DNA of 64,000 nucleotides from Nemertoderma westbladi (taxonomy: Eukaryota > Animalia > Xenacoelomorpha). The stretch lies in NCBI GenBank assembly GCA_032718475.1, contig JAUCBJ010008403.1, forward strand, positions 1 through 64,000, written 5' to 3'. Below the pieces are notes generated by a model. That model had not been told where the DNA came from. It worked only from the letters and a program-made list of their open reading frames with translations, and did not search any database. The translations under genes and the position numbers were made by a program. Shown piece after piece: positions 13,101 to 26,275 of the stretch; position 1 is the stretch's first letter, and every line of letters begins with the position of its first letter.

Positions 13101-14494
13101 ATTAAGGCTGCGGCTTCCTCGTCACGCTGAGTTTGGGCGCGTACCTTTTCACTGTGTTCGGCGAGAAACTCGGCGAAGGATTGGGTGTCTCCCGAGTTTA
13201 TTCGGTCGCGTAACACAGCGATCTCATTGGCAAGCGACGGTTCGCCCATTTCTTCGATCAGTCGCAACTCAGTCAATAAGGTTTCTGGGCGACTGATCGA
13301 TAAACGCGCGCTAATACCTGCCAAACTGGATGACATTATTAGCTTGGTGGCATCTTCCCGAGGAGGCATCACCATTCCGGGGGTCAGGAGGTCGCCAGGA
13401 ATTCCGCGTAGAAGCGATCCCCTTCCGATGCCAGGAGCGATGAGAGGGACTATTTCCGGTTCTTCACAGGGAAGTAACTGCTCGGGCAATACCATATCTC
13501 TAAATTCAATATAGTCTTGGTAGCGGGGGTCTAGATCTCGAGCCGACAAAGGCGCTGGTTTGGCCTTCGGAACGGGGGGTCGGACGGAAAACCGTGGGAC
13601 GTCGATGGGCGCACGGTTAACGAACTGAAGTTTCTTTAATTCGCCCTCGTTCACGTTGAAGAGATCCCGCTCGTAGCCGCCATACGTGTATCGAGTAAAG
13701 CTGTGCTTGGGACAGCGTTCGCGTGGGTGGTCTGCAGGTTGACCCCACCGTGAACGTTCATTATGCTTCACTTGCTGATTGGGATGGGGACAATCGTCGC
13801 AGTGATACCACAAGCGAAAGTCTTGCTTCTTTACATGAGGAGACCGAGCGCCGGTTTTGCAGTACTCCTCCATCCGGTCGAAACGATCCGGTAATACCGG
13901 AAGCGGTCGACCAGCGGTAATATACATCATAGTATGGTACAACCGCTTGATTTCCATGACTGGGTTTGAGTGGATCCCTTTGGCGTAATTTCGGTCAATG
14001 TTCTGAGCATTGGCAACGTTGAGGTATGTTTCTCGGAGATGTCGGACGAGGTTATCGAAGCGCACCTCGTTAGATAGGTTCTCCATAGAGTCTATGGTGA
14101 TATCATCCCGTATGGAGTCTTCACGTTCCATCTGCGTTATATTGGTACGTTGCTGATTAACGTGATATCGCCACATCTCCATTTCGGTTCTATCGTAAGT
14201 ATTTTCAAAATACTCAAGGTCGGAGGGATGACCCGTAGTGAGGAAGGGCTTGTAAGTTCCATCACTGTTAGTATACTTATGGAGAAAGGCGCGGTAATGC
14301 AACCTTTCGGATATCTCATTAGGAGACAGGATACGTTCGGAGTATTTATGGTCCGACGACTGGGTGTCGCGTGGGGGGTCAGAACTAGAGACTAAATCCG
14401 CCAACATTTCCCTCATTCCTCTATTATATATCTCAGAAAGTTGTTGATGGTGATGGCGAGTTATATCATCTTGGTTGTCTTTGGAAGCAGCCAT
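10194..14494 (-). CDS. Element A ORF2: DEDDy 3'-5' exonuclease-like domain + Cys/His zinc fingers + basic tail (~1430 aa, one 1-bp frameshift near 11005)
   Basis: YDNEG (ExoI); LPRPVLDILLDESIYKMGSAIYSDL...FVDTQ (ExoII, WRN/RNase D-like); CxxC..H..C three times. ORFs 10895-14494 and 10194-11009 join as CERC|HFKGHAGPDC, matching B/C CxxCQLKGHxxxxC. Confidence 0.8.
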
Positions 14495-16148
14495 TGTCGC
14501 AATATCAATATCAAGTAATTATAATATCAGATTATATCATCATATTATATATATATCGGGTCGGCGCGGAGTTGCCACCCGGAATCCTCGCCCGCCGCAT
14601 GCCCCAAGTTCCCAATGACCGCGCTAACGTCTCCGAAACTAATCTCGTACCAGCGAATATGGTGTAAAGGTGAAGGTTCGGTGACTAGCGCGCAAGGGAA
14701 ACTCAAAGACAGTCTTTATTCGGCGATCCGCTTTATCTATTGATTATATGGTTGCGTAACTTCAATTAGCCCACATTGACAACAACGGTTCGCTACAGTA
14801 AACGCACATAAATTAGTGTTATTTTGATGTTTTATGTTATTGTGTGCAATTGTTAAATTTTACATACACTCTTGAATATTTTTCGCCCTTCATATGCTAT
14901 TTGCCAGAATATTAATATAATTGTAGAGAAGATAAATAAATTTATTTATTTAAAATATTTATTAATTAAAATATAGTTTCAAGTTTAACTGAATTAATAA
15001 ATTTCCCTTTTGGATAAATATGTTGTTAACATGAGTATGAGTAACCCATAGCTTGGTACAGAGCCAATTTTAAAATTTACATTTAATAAATTAAATTACC
15101 GGTACAATAAGAATTATGTCGCGCTATCAATATTAAGGAAGAGTTAAATTTGTGTAAATAAATCCAGCTATTATTAATATTTGGCAAATGTAGTGTTTAG
15201 AATAGAGTGTTATTCATTTATTCAGATCTGGGCTCACTGTAATGTTATTAGTCTTTGTGCATTCATAGCAATTATGGTTAAATTAAATTAATTATTTAAT
15301 TATATTTAATATCATGGGGATAATTTGCATATGGGTGTGTCTTAATACTGAGGTAAGAGTTAATAAACAAATTAATATTAATATTATGGTTTCGTGATCA
15401 GGTGAGTAGTACTATCTATTAGAGTGATGAAAACTAGGTTTACCACGATTGCTTTGATAGTTCACCGGTTCGTTTGAACAAATGGATCACGACCGTTCCC
15501 GTAATGTTAGTATTACAGTGACTAAACGTGATTTACTTAGTAAGATGATGCATTAACTGATTAAAGCATATCATGCATTACTTTACTGTACTTGCTGTAC
15601 TTTACTGTACTTACTTACTGTACTCTGGGTGGCTTACAAGAAGGGGCAGGTCGTTTCCAGAATTTACCTAGTATTTGGCCGAAATAAAGGATCGGAATTC
15701 TGCATTCAATTGTTTGCTATGCCGTCATAATACAGTAAGACCTAGGGGTTTATTTTTGTCACGCGTTATGTTTAGAAATTACTTGTACTATCGTGACTTG
15801 TAATAAAGCTTATGTGTTCTAGAATTAAGTTCACGTTTATTAATTTATCCATGATTTCATAATTTTTTTTTTGTAATGGGGTTGTTAGTGATTAACGACA
15901 TAACATAACCCGTTCCCACGATTGAGTGTGAGTGTGACATGTAACACAGCTCAATCGTTTAAAGGGAGTTAAACCAAAATAATTAACAATAATACCTCAT
16001 TTTGAAAAAAAAAAATAATAATAATAAATCGTTAAATGAAATTTATTGACGAAATATTTATTACCAAATTATAATTGCACGATTATGAGGGGATGCATAG
16101 TGGACGAAGCGTTATTATAAACAAAATTCAGAATATGGAAAAAATCCA

Positions 16149-16226
16149 GGGACCGCAATCGGGGATTGAACTCGGTACCTAGAGATTCCAAGTCCCACGC
16201 TCTGCCAAACTGAGCCACTGGGGCCG
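16149..16226 (-). other. tRNA-like Pol III module (SINE-like) inside element A spacer
   Basis: A box tggctcagtttgg and B box gagttcaatcc; imperfect T and acceptor stems. Confidence 0.6.
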
Positions 16227-16634
16227 TATAAGGCAGCAATACCAAAACCTATCCGGAAATTAACAACAACAACGGAGTGAATACTAGAAATATAAACATA
16301 TATAATAATTATATGGATGAATAATTATTACATATATGTTGGATGGTCCACTTGGCACCGGGCAACGTTATTGTGAAGGCAGTTGTTTGTCTTCAGAAAT
16401 ATTCCGACAGAGGTTCTATAAATCCTTTCTGACAATTTCTTAATTCTGGTCTATTTGTAATAAATATCAAATACGTAACGACGTACAGTATATTATGTAT
16501 ATTCTAAAGTAATTATCCTACGAATATAAAATATATCATGCACTATTAATATACAGTTAATATAATTCATGCTACCACAACACCACAATAAATATTATGT
16601 GGTATGAAACACCAGTCGGGTTTAATGGTTCCAT

Positions 16635-19600
16635 TTAGCGCAGCAAGTAAGTCAAGCTGGTGGGCTTGACCTCCTGCCGACCATAATTTCCGGATTCTTC
16701 TCTGGCCATTTCAAGCAGGCATAATCGACCTATTGGTCTGTTGAGGCGCTGTTGTACGTAATTGAGCTTGCCCTTTTCCTTTACTATTATGAGATCGATG
16801 GACCTGACGAGACCATCAGCGCTGGTGTGTGTCTCAACTATGCGCGCTGTTTGCCAGTATTTGTGAGGTAAGTCCTGATCTACCACTAGGACCATATCAC
16901 CTACCCTGGCATTGTCCTTCATCGCGAACCATTTATTACGCAATTGGATGCTCGGAAGGTAGTATCTTTCAAAATGATTGGCGAATCTGCTTGACAGCAG
17001 TTGCACCATCTGCCATGTCTGTCGCAGGTGCTCATCACCATCCTCCGTGAGTGAGAGTGGAAGCATGACAACCTTCTTCTTCATTAAGAAGTGTGCGGGG
17101 GTTAGAGCTTCTAAGGCCTTGGGGCTGGATGAGATGGGCATAAGAGGTCTGTCATTTAGATAGGCTGAGACCTCTTCAAGTATGGTGCGTAATATCTCAT
17201 CGGTGAGATAAGCTTTGCAGGGCAGGATGTGGTGGAACGCTACCTTCACACTACGGATCAGCCGTTCCCAACTTCCACCCCACCAAGGTGCATTCGCTGC
17301 ATTGAATGTCCAGCTGGAGGCGGTGACCTTTAATAGGTTATCTACTTGCTCCTGATTCCACTTGTCTATGCTTTTAGCTATCTCATTATTGGCTCCTATA
17401 AAGTTGGTGCCTTTGTCCGACTTCATAGTATTACTAGTGCCAAATCTACCTATTTGTCTTCACAGGCATAATATAAAGCAGTTCATGGAAATGTCATTTA
17501 CCATATCTAAGTGCACAGCGCGGCAGGTCATGCATACAAAGATAACGCACCAACGTTTTACTATAGTTCAAGCGCGCTTGACTTCAATGGGTCCAAACAG
17601 ATCCACACCTGTGTGGGTAAAGGGTGGTTCGTAGCAGCTCACACGTTCCTTGGGCAAAGGGGCTTCCATTTGAGTCATGGGTGCGCAATAAAGTTTCTTG
17701 CACGGAATGCAATGCCATAGTACTTGGTTTAGAGCATTTCTGGGCTTAATGAGATAGTACTGTGTACGTATCTCACTCAGTATACGCTCCCTGCCCGCGT
17801 GGAACAATTTACTGTGCACATCCTGGATCATTTTGCGTTGTATATAAGGATCCGAGATTAAGATTGGGAAAATTGTGTCGTGCGATAGTGGTGCATTTGT
17901 AAGTCTACCACCAACTCTGATTAACCCATCAATCATTGTGCTGGTATACTTATCATTGAACCGTAAGTTGGGGTTCTTAGACAGGTGTTCGTACTTGGTA
18001 GGGTCATCCTGGAGCTGAGCTAGCCTCAACAATTGTTTATTGGTATCATCGACCTCTTCAGCAGACAAGCTACCCAAGGGGGAGGATAACTTGGAGTATC
18101 TAAAGTATACATATTTCTTTAAGATACTGAGGGCGCGGCAAAGTTTGTGCCACGAGCTATAATGATCTAAGGCTTGAGTTATAAGTGGGGATAGGCCTGG
18201 AATTAAACTGGGGAGTTGTTCTGCACTGATTAGCAGACTATCACCAGGACGCAGATCTTCCTGCACATGCATCGAAGTCATGTCCAAAGGTCTGAAAAGT
18301 TTCGATTTTGATGCTCGCACCTTGGGCTTAATAATCTCGGCACCCTTCGCTTGCTGCCGTATTTCGGCAGGTGTTAGATTTGCTGGCCATTCATCTTCTG
18401 GTTTATGTAGAAAAGCTGGTCCCTCCAGCCAACATTTCGTATTGATAAGTTCCGTAGGTGTCGCGCCTCGCGATGCAATATCTGCAGGGTTAAGCACTCC
18501 CGGACAATGCCGCCATTGCTCAACCTCAGTGTTCTTTAGGATAATGGCAACACGGTTGGTCACAAAAACGCTGAACTGGCACACCGTGTTTGTTAGGTAT
18601 TCTAGAACCAAAGCTGCATCAGTCCAGTAAACTGTCTTAACTATATTGTAGTCCGTTTGTGCCAATATATTCTTAGCTATAATAGTACTATATAAAGCTG
18701 CTTTGAGTTCTGTGCGGGGAATGGTTAAGGAGTCCTTTGGCCTGGCAATAGGTCTAATTAGTGCTTTGGAAGCAGCCAATGCTACCTTTACTCCTTCATG
18801 GGTTACTACCCTAAAGTAAGCCACCACACCCATCCCCTTATCACTGGTGTCGCCGAATAGATGGAGTTGAATCTCGAAGGTAGGCAGGACATTCCCGAAG
18901 TATGCTCGAGGCACTAAAAGGCCCTCCAAGTCAGGGAGTGACAGTTCCCATTTCCACCAGTCATCTAGCAGCTCTCCCTTCAGGGGGAGAGATCCTTAAA
19001 CATATACGTTTGGTTCTAACTAGATCATCACGCAACTTAACCTTAAAAAACATATTGTCGGTCTCAGTGCTCCAACAAAGACCTAGGGTCTTTGTTTCCG
19101 GCAGGTCGTCCTTATTCAAGTCTAATTCAGTGTCACCCCATTCGGAGGGTTCAATTGCCTTTAAGAACTCTCTTGAATTGCTCGCGAACTTGGTTAACCT
19201 GAAACCTCCTAGTTTAAGACAATCTATGGTAGAAAGTGCTATATTTATAGCTTCTTCTACTGATGGGGCTGACTTCAAATTGTCATCCATGTATATGTCC
19301 CGTTTGATATTATTAATAACTGACTCTGGAAATTCATCTCTGTGGTCATCTGCAGTCCGGTGCAAGACTGAACAAGAGTTTGAAGGACTAGAGATTAATT
19401 CCGAAGGCTTGTATGGTCATTCTATATTCTACGGGTGTCACTTTAAGATCACCCTCAGGCCACCACAAGAAACGCATGCTATCTCTATCTTCGCTCAAGG
19501 CCTTGACCTGCAAAAACATGCCTTCAATATCAGAAGCAAAGGCTACCTCATACTGTCTCATACGCATTAAGATCCCCGGTAGAGACTGTAACAAGTTAGG

Positions 19601-22600
19601 CCCTGGTAATAACTCAGAATTTAAAGACTGCCCTTTATAATGTGCTGATCCATCGAATACGACACGGATTTTTCCGGGTTTGTCTTCCCGCTCGACATAG
19701 TGATGGGTCAAGTAATAAGTTTTTTCACTCGGGGCCGAGTCAAGGGGAACTAATTCTGCATACCCTTTACCTATGAATTTAGCCATCTGTTCTTTGTACA
19801 ATTTACAGGCTGGGGGGTTAGATGTTAAACGTCGTTGGAGTTGCAAAATACGTTTTTCAGCTAGCGGTCTGTTGTTGAACAGCTTAGGCTGTGGTGCACG
19901 CCAAAGCAAACCTACCTCGTATTTACCTTCCAAGGGCAAAAAACGTGTGGTAGTTCTCTGTATCTGTTTTGCACGCTCTTCTTCTACTGATGGTGCTCTG
20001 TCATTGAAATTATGCTCTAAGGTTTCCTGTTGCATCCATGCTGCTGTGTATTCTTCTAGGTGAACACGGCGTCTAGCTTCCTCCAATTCCAGGAGCTCCT
20101 GCTGATGCTCAGCACGAGTATCAAGTAGGAGGTGGTATAGCTTATATTGGGTGTCCCAAAGATCGCTGTCACTGATTAAGTTAGTGGCTTCAGAAGTATC
20201 AAGTCGTGCAGAGAATGTATCATTATCTGATGACATGTCAGACTCACTCTCGCTGTCTATATATAACCTTCCATCAATGGTCATACAAGTTTGCTCTATT
20301 TCTATGTCACTGGCCACTGGGTGTGTCTGTTCACTGGTGATGTACTTTGTTCCAAGACGTTCTTTTAATGTCTTGTTAGATGGGCCAGTACAGAACCAAC
20401 CCACGCGAGTCCTTCCTGCATAAGCAGACAAAGGTTTTGGGTACTCGGGTCTCTTTTCTAGGACTTCTAATGCCTCAGGGACGTTTTGCCCTACCAGCAA
20501 CTGTACACCTGGGTAATCGGGGGGGAATCTTGGGATATTATGTTCCCTAGTGAAGTTATCTTCATCCAAGTTATATTCCTTAGCCTGGCTTCGAGCGAAA
20601 TTTTTAATGGCTACCATTTTTACATTTTTGACACTGTCTACACCCTGTGTATCCTGCGGGGCAGATCGAGAGCCCTTATATTACACTGTTTCTACAGTAG
20701 ACTGCCACTTCTGCATGATACCCGAGAGGTTCAATTTCATTTTGTGACTTTCGCTTTCATGGAATATGGTGTCTGCCAAATCCTTATCTATGAAGGTACC
20801 TGTGCTACCAGTATCCATTAAGGCATTGACCACTACACTACAATTTCCTGCATGAAGACGCACCTGCAATAGTGGAAATTCACGGACACCCCTTATTTCC
20901 ATGCGTCCTATTGGACTTGGAAGATGATTTGCTCTAAAACAACTTTCCATGATGGGGTCCTCAGGGTCTTCATATGTGAGTGCTTCATACACATCTATAT
21001 TATTGCAGCACTCATCGTCATCAGAAAATTCTCCAGGAAAAAACTTATCTGGCTCCTCATCTGTGTCCCTTATGTCCTGCTCTACAAAGTGTACACGTTG
21101 GTCGGTTTCCCCATTGGGGTCACGTTCTTGATGTAAAAGTGAGTGATGGGGACCTTGACAAATATTACAAGAGTTGGTATTTACTAGACTACATTTTCTT
21201 CTGAGATGCCCCGGTTTAAGGCAGAGAAAACAGGAAAGCAAGTCCATGGCCGTTTGCCTGCGTTCCTTGAGGGTTTTCTTCAAGAACATTGGACAGCGCG
21301 ATAAGGGGTGTATTTCGAGTTTACACAGAGGACACTCATATGCCATTGGGGTTATGGTGTTGTTAACCTTAGTCTTCCGGTCCTCCAGATCGTTATTTCT
21401 AGGCTTTAAATTTGGTTTAGAATAAGTCTCGCCCCTTTCTGTATGTTTTAGATTTTGAACTGGCTTCTCAATGCTATGTTGTTTTTTACCTTTGTTATAA
21501 TTGGGTTTGCTCAGGTAAACGTTCCCATAACCATCTTCTTCTGGCTCACTGTTAGAGAGAAGCTCTTCAAAATTGGTCCGGTAGGCATATCGTTTTTTAA
21601 TAGTAGCCTTCTCCGTTTTGGACTCTGAACGATTGGCTCCCTTTTCGCGGTCGAGAGTCTTGAGATAAGTTTTTACTTCATCATCTAGAAATCCCCTGAA
21701 AGTATTCATATCTGGGGATGACCCATTTCTTTTATTATACACCATAGTTAATCTATCCCATCTGGTCCCAATGGAACCCTTTGGTAAAGCACTGGAAACC
21801 ATCTGTACTGTCATAGCAGTGTCATAAACTTCACTTCGATTAAGCCAATCCAGCTGCCTACAGATTTCCTCGACATCGTCTCTAAATTCAATTATGGCAT
21901 TTTGAGAGACTCTGCCTTTGGAGGTGAGTCTCTCATACATGCATCGTGCTAAGCTGTCCTCATTGCCGTAACGTTCTCTTAACATATTCCACACGATATT
22001 TACACCATCCGCATGTCCAACATATCTAGCCGCCATATGCTTAGGGGAACCTTCGAGGCAATTGATTAAGAATCTTAATTTCTCGCTATTATTTAATGGC
22101 GAGTCTAGAATATTGTCCTTACAAAATTCGGTAAAGGATAGCCATTTTAATTCATCTCCATCAAATTTCATTATTTGACCTGTTGAAACACACTGTCGGG
22201 CTTCAGTACGAGCCATGTGTTTTGATAGGTCTGCCTGGATGACTGATGAATTAAATAGGATGTCTGTCAATGGTGAATTGTTGTTGTCCTGATATGTGGT
22301 ATTTTCTGCCTGAATACCATTCACATCCGACGCTCGTTTTAGGATCCGCATCCCTCGAGCATTGGTTTGTGAATCTGTTTGCTTATTAGCTGTTGCCACA
22401 GTATCCTGTAAAATAACCAGTTGTTGCTGTAGGTCTTCATTTTCCTTCAATATGGAGTTAAATTGTTCCTTACACTCCTTCAATTGGCCTTCAGCTGACT
22501 CCTGGCCAGGATGCAGCTTGTAACTTCTTCTGTCTGGAAATGGTGCATTGGTAAAATTGTCAGGTGTGCTATCATCTGGGAATGATGCGGCATTAACTCT

Positions 22601-25108
22601 GGTATAGCGTGAGTCACCCTGTGGCGAGACACATCGTCTGTGAGTATCTTGTGCGAATCTAACTTCCGGGCGAGGGAGGGGTGTCACATTATTATATAAT
22701 GGGACAAACGTCCGCCTTCCAGGCGATAACGGCATTGCCTCATTCCAGTCCCGATATCCTGTTACCGGCGCTATTGCGGTTTTTATAGCGGGGCCAGTGG
22801 GAGACAGCCTATCATCTGGATTGGTGTAATATGGGCGATTATGATATGGTTTGTAATATGAGTCAACTTCAGTTGTCACTGGGAAACCTATGTGGTGTTC
22901 AATAACTGGCATGTCCCTTAAGGGTATATTTTCTGCATGGACTTGATCCACCCTTGAAGTAATGGGGGGAATATATTTCGAGGTGGTTGGGGGGTGAGGT
23001 TCCCTTTCCAAACGAGTTATTGGTGAGACTCCACTACCAAAAGAAATTATTCCTTCTCTAGATTGTGCTACTGTACTAGATAAGTAACCATGGTCCCGTA
23101 GCCGGGAGTATGTCATTGATGGGATGGCTTGGGTAACTTGAACAGGACATTGCATGTTTGTGGTTTTAACATTTGGGTTTATAGTGTGAGATAAGTTACT
23201 GCTGATAATTGGAGAGGTTACTGCCGTGGTCTTCGGCAGGCCATCAGATTTATGCGTTTCTACTACTGAGTCAATGAACTCGGGTGAAGCACCACTATCG
23301 CTTGGTTTAACAGTGAAGACGCTGTGTGTAGAAGAGGGTGGCGGGTGCTCCCCATTCGACATTTTATCTACTGTCACATTCTCGTGTATTGTTAGAGCCT
23401 TAGGCTCATTTGGCTCTACTACCTCTGGCAATTTTTCCAGGGAATGCTTAGGAGCAGCGCCAGTGTGGAAACTATCAACCATGCTGGCATAATCACCAGA
23501 GATCACATTTCGATCTCGAGGAGGGAGGTGTGGTAAAACTACTCGGGTGGCTCGCCTGCGTTTACTCTTGGAGCTCCTCACACTTCCACCTGCATCCGTG
23601 GAAATGCACTCATCGGATGAAGTAAAAGTATCCTTAAAGGACTTATCACATCCTTGTTGTACGCTAGCCCTTTCCTTGCGGTGTTGTTCGTCTTGCTTTA
23701 GTAGGGCTAGCTTCTGCTTTATAGCTAGTTCCTTCTCCACGAAAGCTGTAAGTTGAGCTTCCTGTTTGGCGAGTTGTGCTTTCTCTTTAGCAGACTGTAG
23801 TTTTCTCATAGTATCATCTAATTCTGCCCTTTTTTTATTTGCTGCTAATTGTAGTTCTAATTCTAGAATTTCCCGCTTGGCGGCGTGTTGAACCTTTCGT
23901 TCTTGTAGGAAGCACTCTGCGTCTATAGTATCAAGGACATCTCTGGTTTCCTTACTGGAAGGTGCTAAGCCTTTAAGACGCGTCCTCAACTCTGTTTCTC
24001 CAACTGTCTTGATATAAGAACCCAAATACCTTGATATGGCATCCATACCATCGCTGAGTTGAGATTCTTCCGAGTCTAAATCGGAATTATTAGCAGCCTC
24101 TTTCCCAGAGCAAGCTATGTCTTCACCAGGAGGTAATACCGGCCTATGTAATGACTCAAGAGCTAAGGCTTTCCTTGCTATTACTGCCGTTTCTGACAGT
24201 TGGCGAGTCAGCATGGATGAGAGTTTACTGTCATTATATCTAGATGCCATCTCATGAAAGGCAGATAGTATAAGCCGTATCCTACAAATGATTTCCTTTA
24301 CCTCAAGATACTTAGCTGGGTTTGTCTTAGGGTCGTGTTGCTCAAGTTTTAATTTATGGGTCACCATTTCTATATGATGCTCAAATTTACTTACATGTAT
24401 GCATGCCTCGGTAACCAATTGCTCAATATTGGTAACGCCCCGAGGTACCTTTAACCTATATAGTTCATCCCAAGGTAGCTCATTGAATCTGAATAATTTA
24501 TCTAGGGCTGGCTGGTTATAGTATAAGTTGACCAGGTAATGTAGTTCGTCGGTGTATATGTCCTGTTCAATGGCTAATATACCCTCTTCAACCTTGTGCC
24601 GGTAGCTGTCTATCTCCTCTAACAGGAAAGCTAGTCTGACTTGGGGGGTAGACAAGAGAGGCTCGTTAAAACTGAGCTGCTGACTTGCACTAGCTAGTAA
24701 AGTCGGAACTTCCTCGCTACTTGTTTGGGAGTGAGTAAACATGATTGGGGAAGTATCTGCCAATAACGGCTGACCCTGACCTTGACCAATGCCATCTTCA
24801 AAGTTAATAAGGTTCAGATGGGTGCTGGGTTCACTTACCATTGTACCAGTTGTCGGGCATGTAAGTGGCCGGGCGATTGGTGACCACCTATCTCCATCCA
24901 TTGGTTTGTCAGAAAGGTTCTGGCCAAGTCTAGCTTCTTCCGCCTCCCTGGAGACCTGCCTGGTTCGTATTCTTGAACGCTCCCAAATTTTCTTACTGCG
25001 AACTGGTTGAGCTATTATAGGCATAGTGTGAGGTGGTATGAGCCCCGCAGGGTTCAGTGTGAGGGGTTCTTCTGACTTTCGACTCAAATCGCTATCAGCG
25101 GTTGACAT
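16635..25108 (-). pseudogene. Element A gag-pol polyprotein (disrupted)
   Basis: Three Gag Zn knuckles, PR LMDTGS, RT DIEGMFLQV/YMDD, RH LFGDTS..NPADIASRG, IN HHCC + GVDLFGP/SDKGTNF/WERLIRSVK. In-frame stops at 20681, 17568 and 17460, a frameshift near 19395, and a ~100-bp deletion near 18990 removing the DPLG motif. Confidence 0.93.
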
Positions 25109-25554
25109 GTTTTAATTTTATAATTTTGAAATTCGAAGTTTTATTGCAAAGCTAAGTGTTATTTTATTCCACACAGGTTAGAAATTGCCAAAAACTTCTT
25201 GTAACTTCAAATATTACGAACACCACCTAGCGGAAATTCATACACACGATATACACCCTTTATTTCTCAGTAATCCAGGTAGAGCTAGCTCTTAGCTAGG
25301 ATTAATGCACTTTATACTTTCAAATGAATCAGTGCTCTGCCTTACTTCTTTAAAGCTGAGTTCTATGCCGAACTTATAAAGTTTGAGACATCCCTAAATT
25401 TCATAAGACCAAATAAATCCAAGCAATAAATAACACACGCCTGAGGGATTTTATTAGACAAGCCCGCACACACACGCTACAGACAGTGACGTTTGAATGC
25501 AATAAGAGTTTATCATTCAATCCCTGTTATTCCCTGAAACAACAAGTGTGGATG

Positions 25555-26275
25555 AATTGTATACTCGAATTGTTGTGGGGAGGGTGACGGTGAATTAAAT
25601 AAATGTTATAGTACATTATGATAATGCTCTCCATAGTGAAAAATATCAACCGCCCCTATTGGGGCTCGAACTCGGTACCTAGGTTTCAAACTTCCGGTTA
25701 TCATCAGCCGAGTGTGTGTCCTAAGACCACTGAGCTACCAGGGCGGTAGAAGATTTATTCACTTTGGAGTGGGCTATCATATATAGGCCTTTTACAGTCA
25801 CTCATAGGAAAGTACAACGTTATTCCCGTGCTCTGCCAGAAATGGCAACCATGCCTCAAAGAATAACTATTATACAGTGTTGTAAAAACCACTGTAACCC
25901 CGTATGCCGGCCATGCGTGTTAATTAATTATAAATGAATTGTTGTGGGGAGGGTGACGGTGAATTAAATAAATGTTAGAGTACATTATGATAATGCTCTC
26001 CATAGTGAAAAATATCAACCGCCCCTATTGGGGCTCGAACTCGGTACCTAGGTTTCAAACTTCCGGTTATCATCAGCCGAGTGTGTGTCCTAAGACCACT
26101 GAGCTACCAGGGCGGTAGAAGATTTATTCACTTTGGAGTGGGCTATCATATATAGGCCTTTTACAGTCACTCATAGGAAAGTACAACGTACTTTCCATAT
26201 TTTACACTCTCCATATTTTTCACTATGGAGAGCATTATCATAATGTACTCTAACATTTATTTAATTGTATACTCG
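25555..26275. repeat. Complex insert in element A 5' UTR: 2 x 254-bp unit with a tRNA-like module plus an inverted partial copy
   Basis: 25567-25820 repeats at 25936-26189. A/B boxes tagctcagtgg and gagttcgagcc on minus (25649-25747, 26018-26116). Inverted ~55 bp at 26213-26266. 13-bp direct repeat aattgtatactcg at both ends. Confidence 0.8.

Noticed and set aside
10194-14494. ORF2 as an envelope gene
   Set aside because: No signal peptide, transmembrane anchor or fusion-protein pattern; it has nuclease-like motifs, zinc fingers and a basic tail.
16149-16226. Functional tRNA-Pro(TGG) gene
   Set aside because: T stem and acceptor stem do not pair properly; treated as SINE-like.
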